A stretch of DNA of 64,000 bases from Histomonas meleagridis 2922-C6/04-290x (Eukaryota; Protista; Parabasalia). The stretch lies in NCBI GenBank assembly GCA_020184695.1, contig JAANOX010000191.1, positions 124,001 through 188,000 on the forward strand, in the 5' to 3' direction. Both the position numbers and the translations under genes were made by a program. Position 1 is the stretch's first letter. The number at the start of each line of letters is the position of its first letter. The notes beneath the pieces were generated by a model that was not told where the DNA came from, searched no databases, and worked only from the letters and a program-made list of their open reading frames with translations. Shown piece by piece: positions 21,108 to 32,879 of this stretch.

Positions 21108-22706
21108 AAATATGTAATTGTAAAAGATGTGTTGGTGTGCATAGAAGTTTTTGAATAAAATCTAATATAAATAAGTTTTATTCCATTCTTACCTTAAATC
21201 CCATTCAAATGTCAAGTCCGAATAATTATTCCTCACGACCGTTTAGAAAATAGACCGTTAAATTTAAGCCAGAACGAGTTCATATAAAATCATTCAACAG
21301 TACGAGCTATGTCGAAGATGATCCATCTGCAAATGGAAGAAGAAACATTTATTTTAGCATAAATTTTATTTAATGATTGATCATCATTATTCTATAATTT
21401 CAATCGAAAGTATACAATTTTGACATGAACACACAAAAGTTGAATGAACATTCAATTGAAACTTTCTTTAAATAAAAAGTCGGTTGTTTTTTGTCGTTTT
21501 GCCTAAAATCCATTCAAATGTCAAGTAAATGAGATCTTTTCATGTCACCTAATGCTTCATGTGAGCACCTTGGCATCCAAAATAATTTCGATGAAAACTC
21601 ACATTTCACATTGAACAACAGTTGTTACACACATTTCTAATGAAAAATTAGAGGTTTTTCGTTACAAACAAACCAGATTTATATTGGAAACGCATATACC
21701 AAATCGATGAAATATAATGGATATTCGCAATTGATGATAACATTGATTCACATTGGCACTTTCACCCTTATCATAAATTTCAGCAAACATGTTTTTATTT
21801 CAAATAAATATAATTTTGATTCTCTCACTGATAATAAAACAATGAACAAGCATGTGCATAACAAAAGCATTCATTACATACCAAGTAACAAGAGAGAACT
21901 CATAAAGAGTAAAATATTTTTACAAAAAATTCAAACATCAAACAACATAAATCATTTACTGCAATGCGCTTCACTCAATAATTCTCTAAATAACAATAGA
22001 ATATATTTTATGCATATCGTTTCTTCAAATTTAATTATTTCGTATTTTCATTCCAAAATAACTGCAATCTTTCATATCCTGCATAATATATATCATTTAA
22101 ATGAAAGTTTTCAATGTAATTTATCAATGAATTGCAGCAATAATATTCTTAAAAATCTACCAAAGATATTTAATGCATTAATTAATTCTATATATTCAAA
22201 TATAACTTTGTTCGTATTTATATTTTTTTGTTTTTACTTTCTTTTCCAAAATTTATTTTAATCAGAAAAGCATTCATCAAAAAAACGAAGTTATTCTGAT
22301 TTTATTGATTATATTTTTTGTTAATACAAAGCAATCATATGACGAAGAGACAAAAACACTCACAATATCTGACTTCATTGATTATTAAAAATATTATATG
22401 AATGTAACAAATATATCTATAAAAATTTATTTACTAAAACATGATGTTTATTTTGTAAAACATAAAAAAAATATTATGATATTACTATAGTAAAAATATG
22501 TGATTGGATGATCATCAACCTTCTTCTTTTCATCTCTTTGTTATAGTTTTATGTTTTTCGAGGTAACGATAGATAATGCAAAAGTGAATTTTCACTTTTT
22601 CAGTAAAAACTTCCTCGATAGACATTTTTCAAATGACTTTTTCAGAATAATTCACTATCAAAAACATGTTAAAAAAACAAAACAATATTTTATTTCTACA
22701 AATTTT

Positions 22707-22916
22707 CTAATTACATTTTGCAAGTAGTTCTCTATAATTTGTTCTAACTCTTGATAGTTCCTCCAACAAATCATTTTGCCTTGCGTTTTGCTCGGCCAAT
22801 TCCTTATTCATTGTCTTAATTCTTCTCTTCAACAATTTTGATGGTGATGGATAGAAGAGTGGTTCCAACTCTTGTAGATGTCCCTTCAGAAAATTTGTAA
22901 TTACTTTTTCAAGCAT
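22707..22916 (-). CDS. Small hypothetical coiled-coil protein
   Basis: ATG at 22916; 69 aa with heptad-like MNKELAEQNARQNDLLEELSRVRTNYRELL. No family recognised. Confidence 0.35.
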   Translation of the reverse strand: MLEKVITNFLKGHLQELEPLFYPSPSKLLKRRIKTMNKELAEQNARQNDLLEELSRVRTNYRELLAKCN

Positions 22917-23293
22917 ATACACTTAAAATATAAATAAAATTTGATAGTAAAAATTATATGACTAGATTCGGATTATTTGAGTATATGACTTTTATTTATA
23001 TAAATTGAATATTTCGAAATTTGATCGATGTTTCTGTTTTAGAACTAGAATTCGAATGCAAATTTCGTGTTCGATTTCGTCGGATTAAAAATATTATAAT
23101 TCCAATGATTGAACAACGAATAATACCAATTATTACATTTTTCGTGATTTTGTTATCATTCTCTATCGTTTCATTTTCAAATTTACTAAAGAAACGACTA
23201 TAATATATATAATAAGTCCAATATTGATAAATTAATCATTGTTTGTGTAATCGAATATTTTGAAATTAAAGTTTTGATGAAAGTTACGCCAGA

Positions 23294-23985
23294 TTACAAA
23301 GAAGCTGTAAATGCATTTGATTTAGAAAATGTATGTGAAAATGTGTGTGATTGTGTGAATGTGTGTGTTGGCCATGGATATTGATTAGATGAACCTTTAG
23401 AGACATTAAGTGATCCAAATGTTTCATCTTCATAAAAATCTGATGTAATAACATATTTTGCTGGTGTATTTGAAAATGCACTTGAATTTATATTTGTTGG
23501 TGATTTATTACCTGTGTAATAAATACAATTTAAATTGTTACTATATTGAAATGCATATCTTCCTATCGAAGTGATATTTACATCAAATATGATTGTTTCT
23601 AAATTATAACAATAAGCAAATGTATAAGATTCGATTGATGTCACTGGATCTGGAATTTTGATATAAACTAATGATATGCAATAATAAAATGTATAACTTC
23701 CAATTGTTGTTACAGTTCCACCAATATTCATTGTTTCTGATTTAGAACAATTACAAAATGCATAACTTTCAATTGATGTAACTGCACCCCCAATAATAAC
23801 TGTAATTAGTGAATCCCATTTAGAAAAAGCATATCTATCTAATTCTTCAACTCCACTTTCAATTAGAAGATGTTATGTTTGACTGTGATATGCATGTCTT
23901 CCTGAATATTCGCTTGAAGAAGAAATTGTAAGTGTTGAAGTTGTTGGATTAAATGATTATATAAAAAAGAAAATAAATAAATATG
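23294..23985 (-). pseudogene. Truncated BspA-like surface protein pseudogene
   Basis: LRRs VTTIGSYTFYYCISL and VTSIESYTFAYCYNL, then CIYYTG and an HTFTQSHTFSHTF stalk. An upstream in-frame TAA (QT*HLLIESG; compare TKHVLING in the 43708 gene). No clear ATG and no TM. Confidence 0.7.
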
Positions 23986-25633
23986 GGAAAATTTTGTTTT
24001 TAATGATTTCTTTTGTAGATTGTTTCTTTTGCGTTTAGATAATGTTTCCTTTATATTTTAATAGATAAATAGTTAACTTGTCAAAAAACGTAAGAATATG
24101 ATATTAAACATATTTCTATTTTTCAAGATATTTAAAAAAATGTTCAAATCGATTTGAACTTGTTTCAAATAATTGATGATAAATATGATACACAACATTT
24201 GATTGATATAGAAGCATTTGTTTTATGTAATGATAAAGTTCGCTTTATTTCAATGTTTTTATTTGACAAACCTTAATTAAATGATCAAGTGATATATTAA
24301 AACATGTTGAGATGAAAATGTAAATATTTTCACCAAACTTCGAAAGAAATTTTGACAATAATATGTATTAAAGAAATAAAGTGATTGTAGTAAAGAATAA
24401 AATGATTTATGACTACATATATTCTATTTTTTCCTAGTAAATAATGAACGAAAATTGTAGCTTAAGGAGATATTCTGTCCGATGTAATTATGTTTTGTCG
24501 AATTATAATTAATAATAAGGTGATTGAGATTATATAATAAATATGGAATGATAATTTATCAATTTCTTATATATTTTATCTAAATTTTACGGCAAATTTG
24601 TTTCTAAGGATTGTGTATAAAAACATTTAAGTTAAACTCAATATCTCACAGGAAAATATAATACATTTTGTTTCCTATGTCGATCTGAGAATATGCCATG
24701 ACTTTTGTTGCAAAAAGTTATATTAATAAATTATTTTGATTGATATCAATGCCATAGAAAATTTTGACAATCTCGAACCAAGCAAGAAATGGAACACATA
24801 ATGGATATTTAGTAATGATAGTATAATAGAAAACTAATCAAATTCCAAATATCATCTTAGATAAAAAATTGATATCAAAACAAGTAATTTAAATGATCAA
24901 TTATCAAGATAGGATTCAGCAAATCAGATTCATTGTAATCATCATCAAACTAAAACAAAAAAAAAAAAAAATAAAATATCACATATTAGTTTATCATGGA
25001 TTCATAAAATATTATCAATTTTATTAAAATTATTTTTTATATTAGAAATATGTGATCAGCCCTGCGTATGTGAAGTGTCTGAAAATTCAAATTTTGAATA
25101 GAAAACAATCGTTTGTTACCAGTCAATTTTCCTATCGTCCAGACACTTCGCTGCCTGCGGACAATATTATTTTTCTTGTTCGATACTTACGGCAGCGGAA
25201 ATTTGAATCTCTCTTTTGTTAAACAAGAATTTTTTTTCAAAATCCATGTATTGCAGTGCATAAAAAAGATGAAGTGTGTTTTGCACAAATAAAACCCTTT
25301 TTAACAGTTCTTGTCAAGTGACGGTTAAGATAATTAGCCGATAATCAAATGGGAAAAAAATGATCAAACAACTATTTTGTTTTATCAGAGTTGAATAATC
25401 TTATTTTTTCTTTACGAATCTTGACCATGGTTAAGAGAATGAATTCTTTTCGTATTTTTTGGGATATTAAGTTTTTAATCTTAAAAAAGACTTTTAAATT
25501 TGTGCAAAACGAAGAAAAAACAACAATAGAATCGAACGTTAACATTGAAAAATCAATAACGGTCGAAAAATTTTTCACAAGATCAATGTTTGCTTTTTGA
25601 GAGAAAATCATTCATTCTAATATTATATTTTCA

Positions 25634-26179
25634 ATGAGGAGCATGAAGATAGGCGTGTTTGGAGGCGGTGGTGTCGGAAAGACAGCAATCGTACTACAGT
25701 TCGTTAAAAACCAATTCTCTTTAACTTATATCCCAACAATCGAAGATGAATTCATGAAAACTTTAATTTATAACGGAAAAACTATAAATCTCGAAATTAT
25801 TGATACAGCAGGGCAAGATGACTTTGTGACAATGCGTAATAGATACTTAAGCTCTGTAGAAGGTTACGTTTTTGTATATTCATCAACAGATATTGATTCT
25901 CTCCATTTTTTAAGAGGAATTTTTAAGTCAGCACAAGAACTCAAGGAAAGGGTTGACATCCCTTGCATAATAGCAGCTAATAAAGCCGACTTGAAAACGG
26001 ACGATTCCGTTCCACTGAAAAAAGGTGAGCAACTTGCAGTAGAATTTGGCTGTGAAATTTTAGAAACATCAGCCAAAGATAATTTGAATATTAAGGAATT
26101 GTTCCAGGGGATTGTAAAAAGAATATTATCATCTGAAGGACAAGATGAAACACCAACATGCGGATGCTCTCTTTTATGA
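25634..26179 (+). CDS. Ras/Rap-family small GTPase
   Basis: GGGGVGKT, YIPTIED effector loop, DTAGQ, NKAD, ETSAK and a C-terminal CGCSLL CAAX box. Confidence 0.92.
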   Translation: MRSMKIGVFGGGGVGKTAIVLQFVKNQFSLTYIPTIEDEFMKTLIYNGKTINLEIIDTAGQDDFVTMRNRYLSSVEGYVFVYSSTDIDSLHFLRGIFKSAQELKERVDIPCIIAANKADLKTDDSVPLKKGEQLAVEFGCEILETSAKDNLNIKELFQGIVKRILSSEGQDETPTCGCSLL

Positions 26180-26284
26180 GCGAATAAAAAAGATGTGTCT
26201 TAATATTAATTTTGATGTTTATCTGAATCAAATAAATAATGCATGTTATAAATTAATAAAAAAAAACATTAAAATTTTGGCTCT

Positions 26285-26325
26285 GATGTAAAACGCCCTC
26301 CATTTTGCGGTTTTTGAACGATAGG
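26285..26325 (+). repeat. Left TIR of the Merlin element
   Basis: gatgtaaaacgccctccattttgcggtttttgaacgatagg versus the reverse complement of 27525-27565, gatgcaaaacgctctccattttgcggtttagggacgatagg. Confidence 0.9.
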
Positions 26326-26620
26326 AAATTTGAAGAAAAATAGAAATGCCACATCAGGGCACCCCATCCACCAACCCGTCGGCCGGTTTTGATCGTTATC
26401 AATTAAAAAACAAGTTTTGAATGGATAACGATCAAAACGGCTCGCACCTTCGGTGCTCGCATTTGATTCAAATTGATATATATTCTGACCGACAAAATAT
26501 TTGACATAACGATAATATCTAAGTCATGAAATACAAAATATTCGATTTATTATAACGGTTATCGATGAAAATTGATTCATTTTCGTTGTAAAGTAATCAG
26601 AAAGTCGATCGTTTTTTGCG

Positions 26621-27360
26621 TTGCAATCGAAATTCGAAACCATTAAGCAAGTGTCTAAATTCAATGACAAAAGCTTCATCAAATGGGCTTCTGAGCAGGG
26701 AATCATTCCTGATATTCACCAAATTCAAATATGGCCGAAATGTCAATGGGTAGAAGGTTTTGATATGAGAACCACATATATAATTACAGGTTATGTGAAC
26801 GATCAGTAGTAATAACATGGTTTCAAACTTTTCGATCTATTGCAGAATAAGAATATCGAAGAGATATAACTCATAATTTTTATGGTGATGGAATAGTCGA
26901 AATTGATGAGAAACATTTTTTCGATGCTAAATACAACATAGGAAGTGCATTGGAAAAAGAAGAAATTTGAGTTTTTGGCGAAATATACAGTAAAACGATG
27001 AAAGTTGTCGCTGAGATTTGCGAAAATAAATCGAAAAAAGTCCTCATTCCAATTATTTGTTCAACAGTTAGATATAACTTAGAAATTTGGTCTGATGAAT
27101 GGAAGGCACATAACACTCTTGGTGATTTAGGTTATGTACACACAACAGTAAATCACTCAGAAAATTTTGTAGATTTAATTACTGAGGCAAATACTCAAAA
27201 AATAGAAAATCCATGGTATCTCATAAAAGGATTCCTCATAAAAAATGAATTCAGAGATAGAAATAAGCTCGAATCATATATTTATGAATGGTGCTTTCGA
27301 AGAAATATTGGAAATACATTCGAAAAATGCTGGAAAGCAATAATTGGTCAAATTTCATAA
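26621..27360 (+). pseudogene. Merlin/ISXO2-like transposase pseudogene
   Basis: IVEIDE...KYNIG...EI*VFG (TGA at 26968-26970 at the conserved W), IWSDEW, HTTVNHSENFVD, NTQKIENPW, SYIYEWCFRRN. The N-terminal fragment FIKWASEQGII is separated by stops. Confidence 0.85.
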
Positions 27361-27524
27361 TAAAGTGAATCATAATTTAGAATATTTTTATTAGAAAAAT
27401 GAGGTTCGGAATGTGTATCAGACCCTCCGAATACAATATTTTGCCATTATTCACTTTTTGAGATGATTTTGATCTCCTTATCAAAAGTCGAATATTTATT
27501 GCCATTTTTTTTCCTTTCAAATCC

Positions 27525-27565
27525 CCTATCGTCCCTAAACCGCAAAATGGAGAGCGTTTTGCATC
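27525..27565 (-). repeat. Right TIR of the Merlin element
   Basis: Reverse complement of the left TIR with 5 mismatches in 41 nt. Confidence 0.9.
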
Positions 27566-27732
27566 CTAACTCAAATTTTTCATCCAAATTAAAATGTTAT
27601 TTATGGTGAGTGAGATAATGTGTTATTATTATTAATTCGCAGATACAGAAAAGAAATCAAAACGTAATTTGAAAAATTTTTAAGCGCTTAAAAAGTTTCA
27701 GTTTAAAACGATCATGAAATGCTATAAATTAA

Positions 27733-28707
27733 ATGTTAAACACAAAATACTTCCCAGGAAATGCAATTAGCGATTATTTACTTAACGAATGCCTTTACTA
27801 TGATCCATACATTCATGTGATTAATCTTTTTGATGTTTTTTTCAAATGGGCTGATCCATTTTTCTTGGTTACAATATGCTTAGTTATTCTTCTACTTCTT
27901 CCTGTCATTTTCCAATTGCGTCCAGATGATTCGTACATGAAAATATCGCGGCTATACAATATATCTCGGCTTGCAGTTTTAACATTTTTCCATCGAATTT
28001 GTTATATATATTTAATTTTTGTACCATTATCATATTTTATTGACCAGTCACCTCCATGTTTTATAGGGAGATCAAAGGTTGAAAATTTCAAAAAACATTC
28101 ATATTTTCCAAATCCAAGACTTGGATCATTTGCAATGACTTTTTTGTATTTTGGAGCTTTGGTTTCACCCAAGCGTGCGTGGATTTTTTACATTGTTCTT
28201 CTTTTTGGGTGCATTCATTTTATTTTTGCAGGTGATCTTTCTATTGCTCAAAGTGCCTTTACCGTTTGTTTATGTTATGTTCTACATTTTTATGGCCAAC
28301 GAGTTCCATTTTTTGTAATGCATATTGAGAATTGTGTTCTTCCATTTTTCTTATTAATTACTTATTTAACGAAGAAAGAAAAGTTCATCGGTAACGATGT
28401 TAACACAGGACGAGCTGTTTCAACAATTGCTATGTGGATTTCAGATGCATATATGCTTGCAAGATATCATATCACAAGGGCTGGTTTTATTAACATAGGT
28501 AAGCCTATCGATATGGAGCTAGAGAAAGACACGAAAGCAGGTACATATTTCAATGTTGTTTCTTCAGAAGGTGAAAATGTATTTCATAAGAACCTCAAAA
28601 ACGATATTATAGACTCTTGTGTTTCATTAGTGATTTTCGTTTTAGGCATAGCGCTTCGTGATAAATATGGAAAAGAAGTAAGTTATTCACATAGTGGTTA
28701 CATCTAA
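27733..28707 (+). CDS. Multi-pass membrane protein, possible degenerate PAP2-fold; paralog of 49685-50674
   Basis: About 8 TMs. QSPPCF...YFPNP...FAGDLSIAQSAFTV sits where PAP2 motifs would be, but the catalytic K/R/H residues are absent. C-terminal DIIDSCVSLVIF is shared with the paralog. Confidence 0.6.
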   Translation: MLNTKYFPGNAISDYLLNECLYYDPYIHVINLFDVFFKWADPFFLVTICLVILLLLPVIFQLRPDDSYMKISRLYNISRLAVLTFFHRICYIYLIFVPLSYFIDQSPPCFIGRSKVENFKKHSYFPNPRLGSFAMTFLYFGALVSPKRAWIFYIVLLFGCIHFIFAGDLSIAQSAFTVCLCYVLHFYGQRVPFFVMHIENCVLPFFLLITYLTKKEKFIGNDVNTGRAVSTIAMWISDAYMLARYHITRAGFINIGKPIDMELEKDTKAGTYFNVVSSEGENVFHKNLKNDIIDSCVSLVIFVLGIALRDKYGKEVSYSHSGYI

Positions 28708-28856
28708 AAATATTTTTAATAAATTATTATCCGATCAGTTTTAAACGGTCTTTGAAATAACGGTTAAATAAATTTGGGGTGACCCAAATGTACATTTTCT
28801 ATTCACACATTCTTTTTAATTAAAAAATTACTCTAAAAAATCAGGTTCAGGAGTGT

Positions 28857-29462
28857 TTAATGAACCTTAGAAAAGAATTCTTTTGAATCCTTTGGATTTG
28901 GCTTAATTGTGTCCTTTCCTTCTTCCCATTGAGCAGGACAAACTTCACCATGCTTTGCAACATATTGATAGCCTTTTACGAGTCGGAGCACTTCATCGAC
29001 ATTTCTTCCAACTTCAGGGTTATCCATAGAAAGATGCCTAATGATTCCCTTTGGATCAATAATTGCAGTGCCTCTTATATCGTGTCCAGCTTCTTCCGAA
29101 TAGAATCCGTACTTCTTAGAAATCTTGGCACCAAGATCACCAATCAACATAATGTTCATTTCCCCAAGTCCTCCAGTGTTTCTTGGCTTTCCGATCCATT
29201 CTAAATGGGAGTAAATCGAATCGGTTGACATACCAACAACTTCGCAATTAATTTCATTAAATTTTTTGGCCGCTTCACTAAATGCAATTACCTCCGTTGG
29301 ACATACGAATGTGAAATCGAGTGGATATGTGAAGAGAACGAGCCACTTACCTTTGAATTGGCCGAGAGAAACTTCAACAAATTCGTGCTTTGGATTGACT
29401 GCAACACCACTGAAACATGGAGCAAAAGAGCCAACAACAGCAGATTCTTGATGGCAACTCAT
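28857..29462 (-). CDS. Typical 2-Cys peroxiredoxin (thioredoxin peroxidase)
   Basis: YPLDFTFVCPTE (peroxidatic Cys), GRNVDEVLR, GEVCPA (resolving Cys). Confidence 0.97.
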   Translation of the reverse strand: MSCHQESAVVGSFAPCFSGVAVNPKHEFVEVSLGQFKGKWLVLFTYPLDFTFVCPTEVIAFSEAAKKFNEINCEVVGMSTDSIYSHLEWIGKPRNTGGLGEMNIMLIGDLGAKISKKYGFYSEEAGHDIRGTAIIDPKGIIRHLSMDNPEVGRNVDEVLRLVKGYQYVAKHGEVCPAQWEEGKDTIKPNPKDSKEFFSKVH

Positions 29463-30786
29463 TAAAATGATGTGAAGATCAATAAAAAAAAACTTAATGA
29501 AATATATTTTGTTTTTTAGACATGTTGCAATTTGTTGTAAAGAAGATTTGGTTTTATTACTTCACCATGTGATATTATCTAATAATCATATTTCCTTTTT
29601 TGCCAACAAGGTAAAGAAGATTTCGATAATATTAAACATGTTTGTATACATAATAAAGACGAAAAGAAATAATTTTTCTAACAAATAAATGAAATTGAAT
29701 AAATGCATTTAATCAAAGCTTCTTCATAAATTCTATGACGTTGAAGTTATGCCATAATATTCTTCTTTTACCAAAATTCGGAGTTACTCAAGTTCAATTA
29801 CTAAAGACAATTTGTTGTCCCTAATGAAGAGAAACCTTCACGTAATGCACGTAAAGAAGTTAATAAGAATTTAAGATATCGAAATAATAAAACATGTGAA
29901 ACGCAAAGTTAAAATGATAATGACTTCAAATTAGACAGAAGATATTATGAAGATGCGCATGATTTAAATGATCTGTATGAAACTGCACAGAAAATAATTC
30001 TTGAATTTAGAGAATGATGAACACTGATTTAACAAAAGATGTCTACTTGTATTAAAAAAAAACGACGAAGAAAAATTAAAAAATGAAAAATGATGATGAC
30101 AAAAGTGAATCAGATGGAGTGAATGAAATAGCAGAACATATTAAGAAGAGAAAATTGGAGGAAAAAAAAAACATCTGAATGCCAAAGCACCGGATGTCCA
30201 AAGGGTTTATCCACCACATATTCAGTTTCATGTATAAAATGCTCTGTTGATTACCACTCAAGTGCTGTCGATGGAGCGCAGCGTCTTCTGTCTGAGTGAT
30301 GGAAATGTTTGCAATAACGTTGAAGGTTTAAATGTTTACTTGGATGAAAGTTTTGGTTTTTCATTGTTTTTTAATCTTTTGTATGAATATTTTGTATCTA
30401 AAGTTTTTGGATGATATATGTTTTGAATATTTAAAACAATTGGAAATTAAAGAATAAGAAATTTATAATATTTTATATCCGAAAGTTATGGATATTTTTG
30501 CGCAAAAAAGAGAGGGTGGAAACTGTATCAAACGATTAAAAGCATATATTCATTGTAATAATAATCTGTCAAAATACCTCAGAAAGCTGATATAAATTAA
30601 ATAATATTTTAAATCCAAATTGATTTAATAAATAATAACACTCAAAATAAATGATTTAAATATAAGAAATAACTCAAAAGTAACATATTTTTTTTATATG
30701 CAGAATTCATAAATCCGAAAAAGTTTTTAAACATTTTTTTAAAAATAAAGCAATTAAAAATTTTTATGTTTATAAACATTTTGTAT

Positions 30787-32307
30787 TTAAACACCATCTT
30801 CTTCTAATTCATCTTCCATATCTTCAATTCTTTTTTCTAGTTCACATGATTTGCATAATATTTCTTCATTGTCCGAATCTTCAATAGCTAAAATTTGTTC
30901 GATCATTTGCAAATTATCAATTTCTGTCATTACCAATTTGTGTAATTCTTTATCATCAAAAGATGTCACAAAAAGCAGAAAATTCAATAAAATAATTAAA
31001 AATTTATCATTGACCTCAGTAATAAAATCAGAAACATATTCTAAAAAATGTTCATTAATAAAATATTGTATTTGATCAGAACTTAAAAATGGAATAATAA
31101 ATGCTAATGCCTTCACAGTTTCTCTCTTGAGGTCATATGAACAATCTTTCACTATTTCAATCATACATTTTAATGATTTTTCATTTAAAACAAATGCAAC
31201 TTCATTATAATATTTGACAATTTTACGCGAAAAGTGACAAAATTGAAAACGAATTTTTTCAAATTTCGATTTTCCTAAAAATGCCCAAAAATCCCATTTC
31301 AAAGTTTCTTTTAAGTTTTGTTTGATAGTCTCGTTTGAATATTTAAAAATAAATGTTATTACTTGCATTGTTTGAAATAAAATATCGGCGTTATTAGAAT
31401 CTAATAATGAATTTAAAATTTCATAAAAATTTGCTTTTTCCAAAAAATCGCACACATTAACATCCATTGGAATACATATAGACATCCCATCTAAGGCTTC
31501 AGGGAGATTTTGTTTCCTTCGGATCGATTCTAAAAAAAATTCACAAATTGGTAAAAAATCAGTGGAAAACTCAGACTCATGAATTAATGAACAAAGGAAA
31601 CTAATGAATAAATCGAAACACTCTTTTTCTTGCAATTTGTTTTCCATTATATCATTTCCGAGTGTAATGTGATATGAATTACTCAAAATGAATTCTTTTG
31701 CTTGATTCGATTTCAGACAAATATTGTTCAAAGCTTTTAAGCTACCATGAATTAAATCATTATATAAATCGACTGGAAGTTGATCTTTTGTCCCAAATAA
31801 TCCGAATAATGTTGCTTGTGGAAGTTGGTTTGCATCTGATTCATCAAGAATACATTTAGGTGATATAAAAATGTCGACAATTTTTTCTATAAGTTGATCT
31901 TGGTGTTCGTTAGAGCAATCACTTGCTAAAATGTAAGTATATGTCAAAATATCAAGTGATAGTTTAACATTTTCTGGATTTGAAGAATTAATAACAACAT
32001 CAGAAATCATATATATGTAGTTTGTAGAGGAAATTAATTGAGAAAAAGGAATTAAAATTGAATCTGTATCCATAAGTTCATAATATTGATCAAAAAAATT
32101 GAGGGCATTCCAGAGGCCTATGTTTACATTTTCTTCATTTGCTTCATTAACAGAAATGATTGTGGAATTAATAATTTCATTCAACGTATCTAAGGAATAT
32201 CCATCAGGCATATCACTTGAGTCATCTGCTTGAACGTGTTGGGTTGGACCCATTCGTTTAAAATAAGATAATTTTGATGGGAGTAGTTTTTTTCTTTTGT
32301 AATTCAT
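30787..32307 (-). CDS. Armadillo/importin-alpha-like helical repeat protein
   Basis: Probable ATG at 32307 (MNYKRKK). ARM-like helices and C-terminal CSYDLKRETVKALAFII resemble the importin-alpha C-terminus. Confidence 0.6.
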   Translation of the reverse strand: MNYKRKKLLPSKLSYFKRMGPTQHVQADDSSDMPDGYSLDTLNEIINSTIISVNEANEENVNIGLWNALNFFDQYYELMDTDSILIPFSQLISSTNYIYMISDVVINSSNPENVKLSLDILTYTYILASDCSNEHQDQLIEKIVDIFISPKCILDESDANQLPQATLFGLFGTKDQLPVDLYNDLIHGSLKALNNICLKSNQAKEFILSNSYHITLGNDIMENKLQEKECFDLFISFLCSLIHESEFSTDFLPICEFFLESIRRKQNLPEALDGMSICIPMDVNVCDFLEKANFYEILNSLLDSNNADILFQTMQVITFIFKYSNETIKQNLKETLKWDFWAFLGKSKFEKIRFQFCHFSRKIVKYYNEVAFVLNEKSLKCMIEIVKDCSYDLKRETVKALAFIIPFLSSDQIQYFINEHFLEYVSDFITEVNDKFLIILLNFLLFVTSFDDKELHKLVMTEIDNLQMIEQILAIEDSDNEEILCKSCELEKRIEDMEDELEEDGV

Positions 32308-32802
32308 GTGAAGACGATATATGTCAATTGAAAACAATTTTATCGTTATGAGGAACAAACATAACTAATGATTCTTCATAATTTTCATATTTTATTTTGA
32401 GGTGTTGACCAAGTCAAGGTACATTGGATTCATTTGTTCTAATTTTTGGTTTTTTGATAATTTCAAAATAATGTAAACATTTGTTAACCACTATTTAAGT
32501 AAAAAGTAATTAGCTTTAATATATAAAATCCGAATTAAAATAGCGACAAAAAAGAGAAAAAATCTCAAAATGATATGATTCACATATTGGTTTATTATAT
32601 AAATGAAATTTTTCTCAAACACACATTATTCTAAAAAGATACACAATGGTAATTACAAATAATTGGTTGACTTAAATTTTTTTGCTGAAAATCAATATCA
32701 CAATTTGAGCATTTCAAAAATAAAAAGAAAAACAAAACATTGATGTCAAAGAAGAAGCTACAGATAAATCTCATTTTTTTCACACAATATTCGAAATCCA
32801 AA

Positions 32803-32855
32803 GGAGCGTGGGTGGTTGCCCTACCCGAAGCCCAACAAACATTGTGGGACGCTCT
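32803..32855 (-). ncRNA. Candidate structured RNA element just downstream of RPL27
   Basis: 53 nt at about 60% GC in an AT-rich context. Folds by eye into a 3-way junction with a closing stem (GAGCGT/ACGCTC), a CCCACAA/TTGTTGGG hairpin and a GGGT(A)GG-GCAA-CCACCC hairpin with a GNRA loop on the minus strand. Confidence 0.3.
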
Positions 32856-32879
32856 GCGTTTATTTTTTGTTGATATCAT

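Larger units (their letters stand above)
26279..27572 (+). mobile_element. Decayed Merlin (IS1595/ISXO2-like) DNA transposon
   Basis: Terminal inverted repeats at 26285-26325 and 27525-27565 (36/41 identical) flank a broken DDE transposase. Candidate imperfect AAATTTT target-site duplication outside both ends. Exact termini are uncertain. Confidence 0.85.

Noticed and set aside
21707-22261. 184-aa plus-strand ORF
   Set aside because: Low-complexity N/I/H-rich translation with no recognisable domain; likely spurious or degraded.
29700-30350. Coding-like fragments between the peroxiredoxin and ARM genes
   Set aside because: Multiple stops and no identifiable family, so no feature can be supported.
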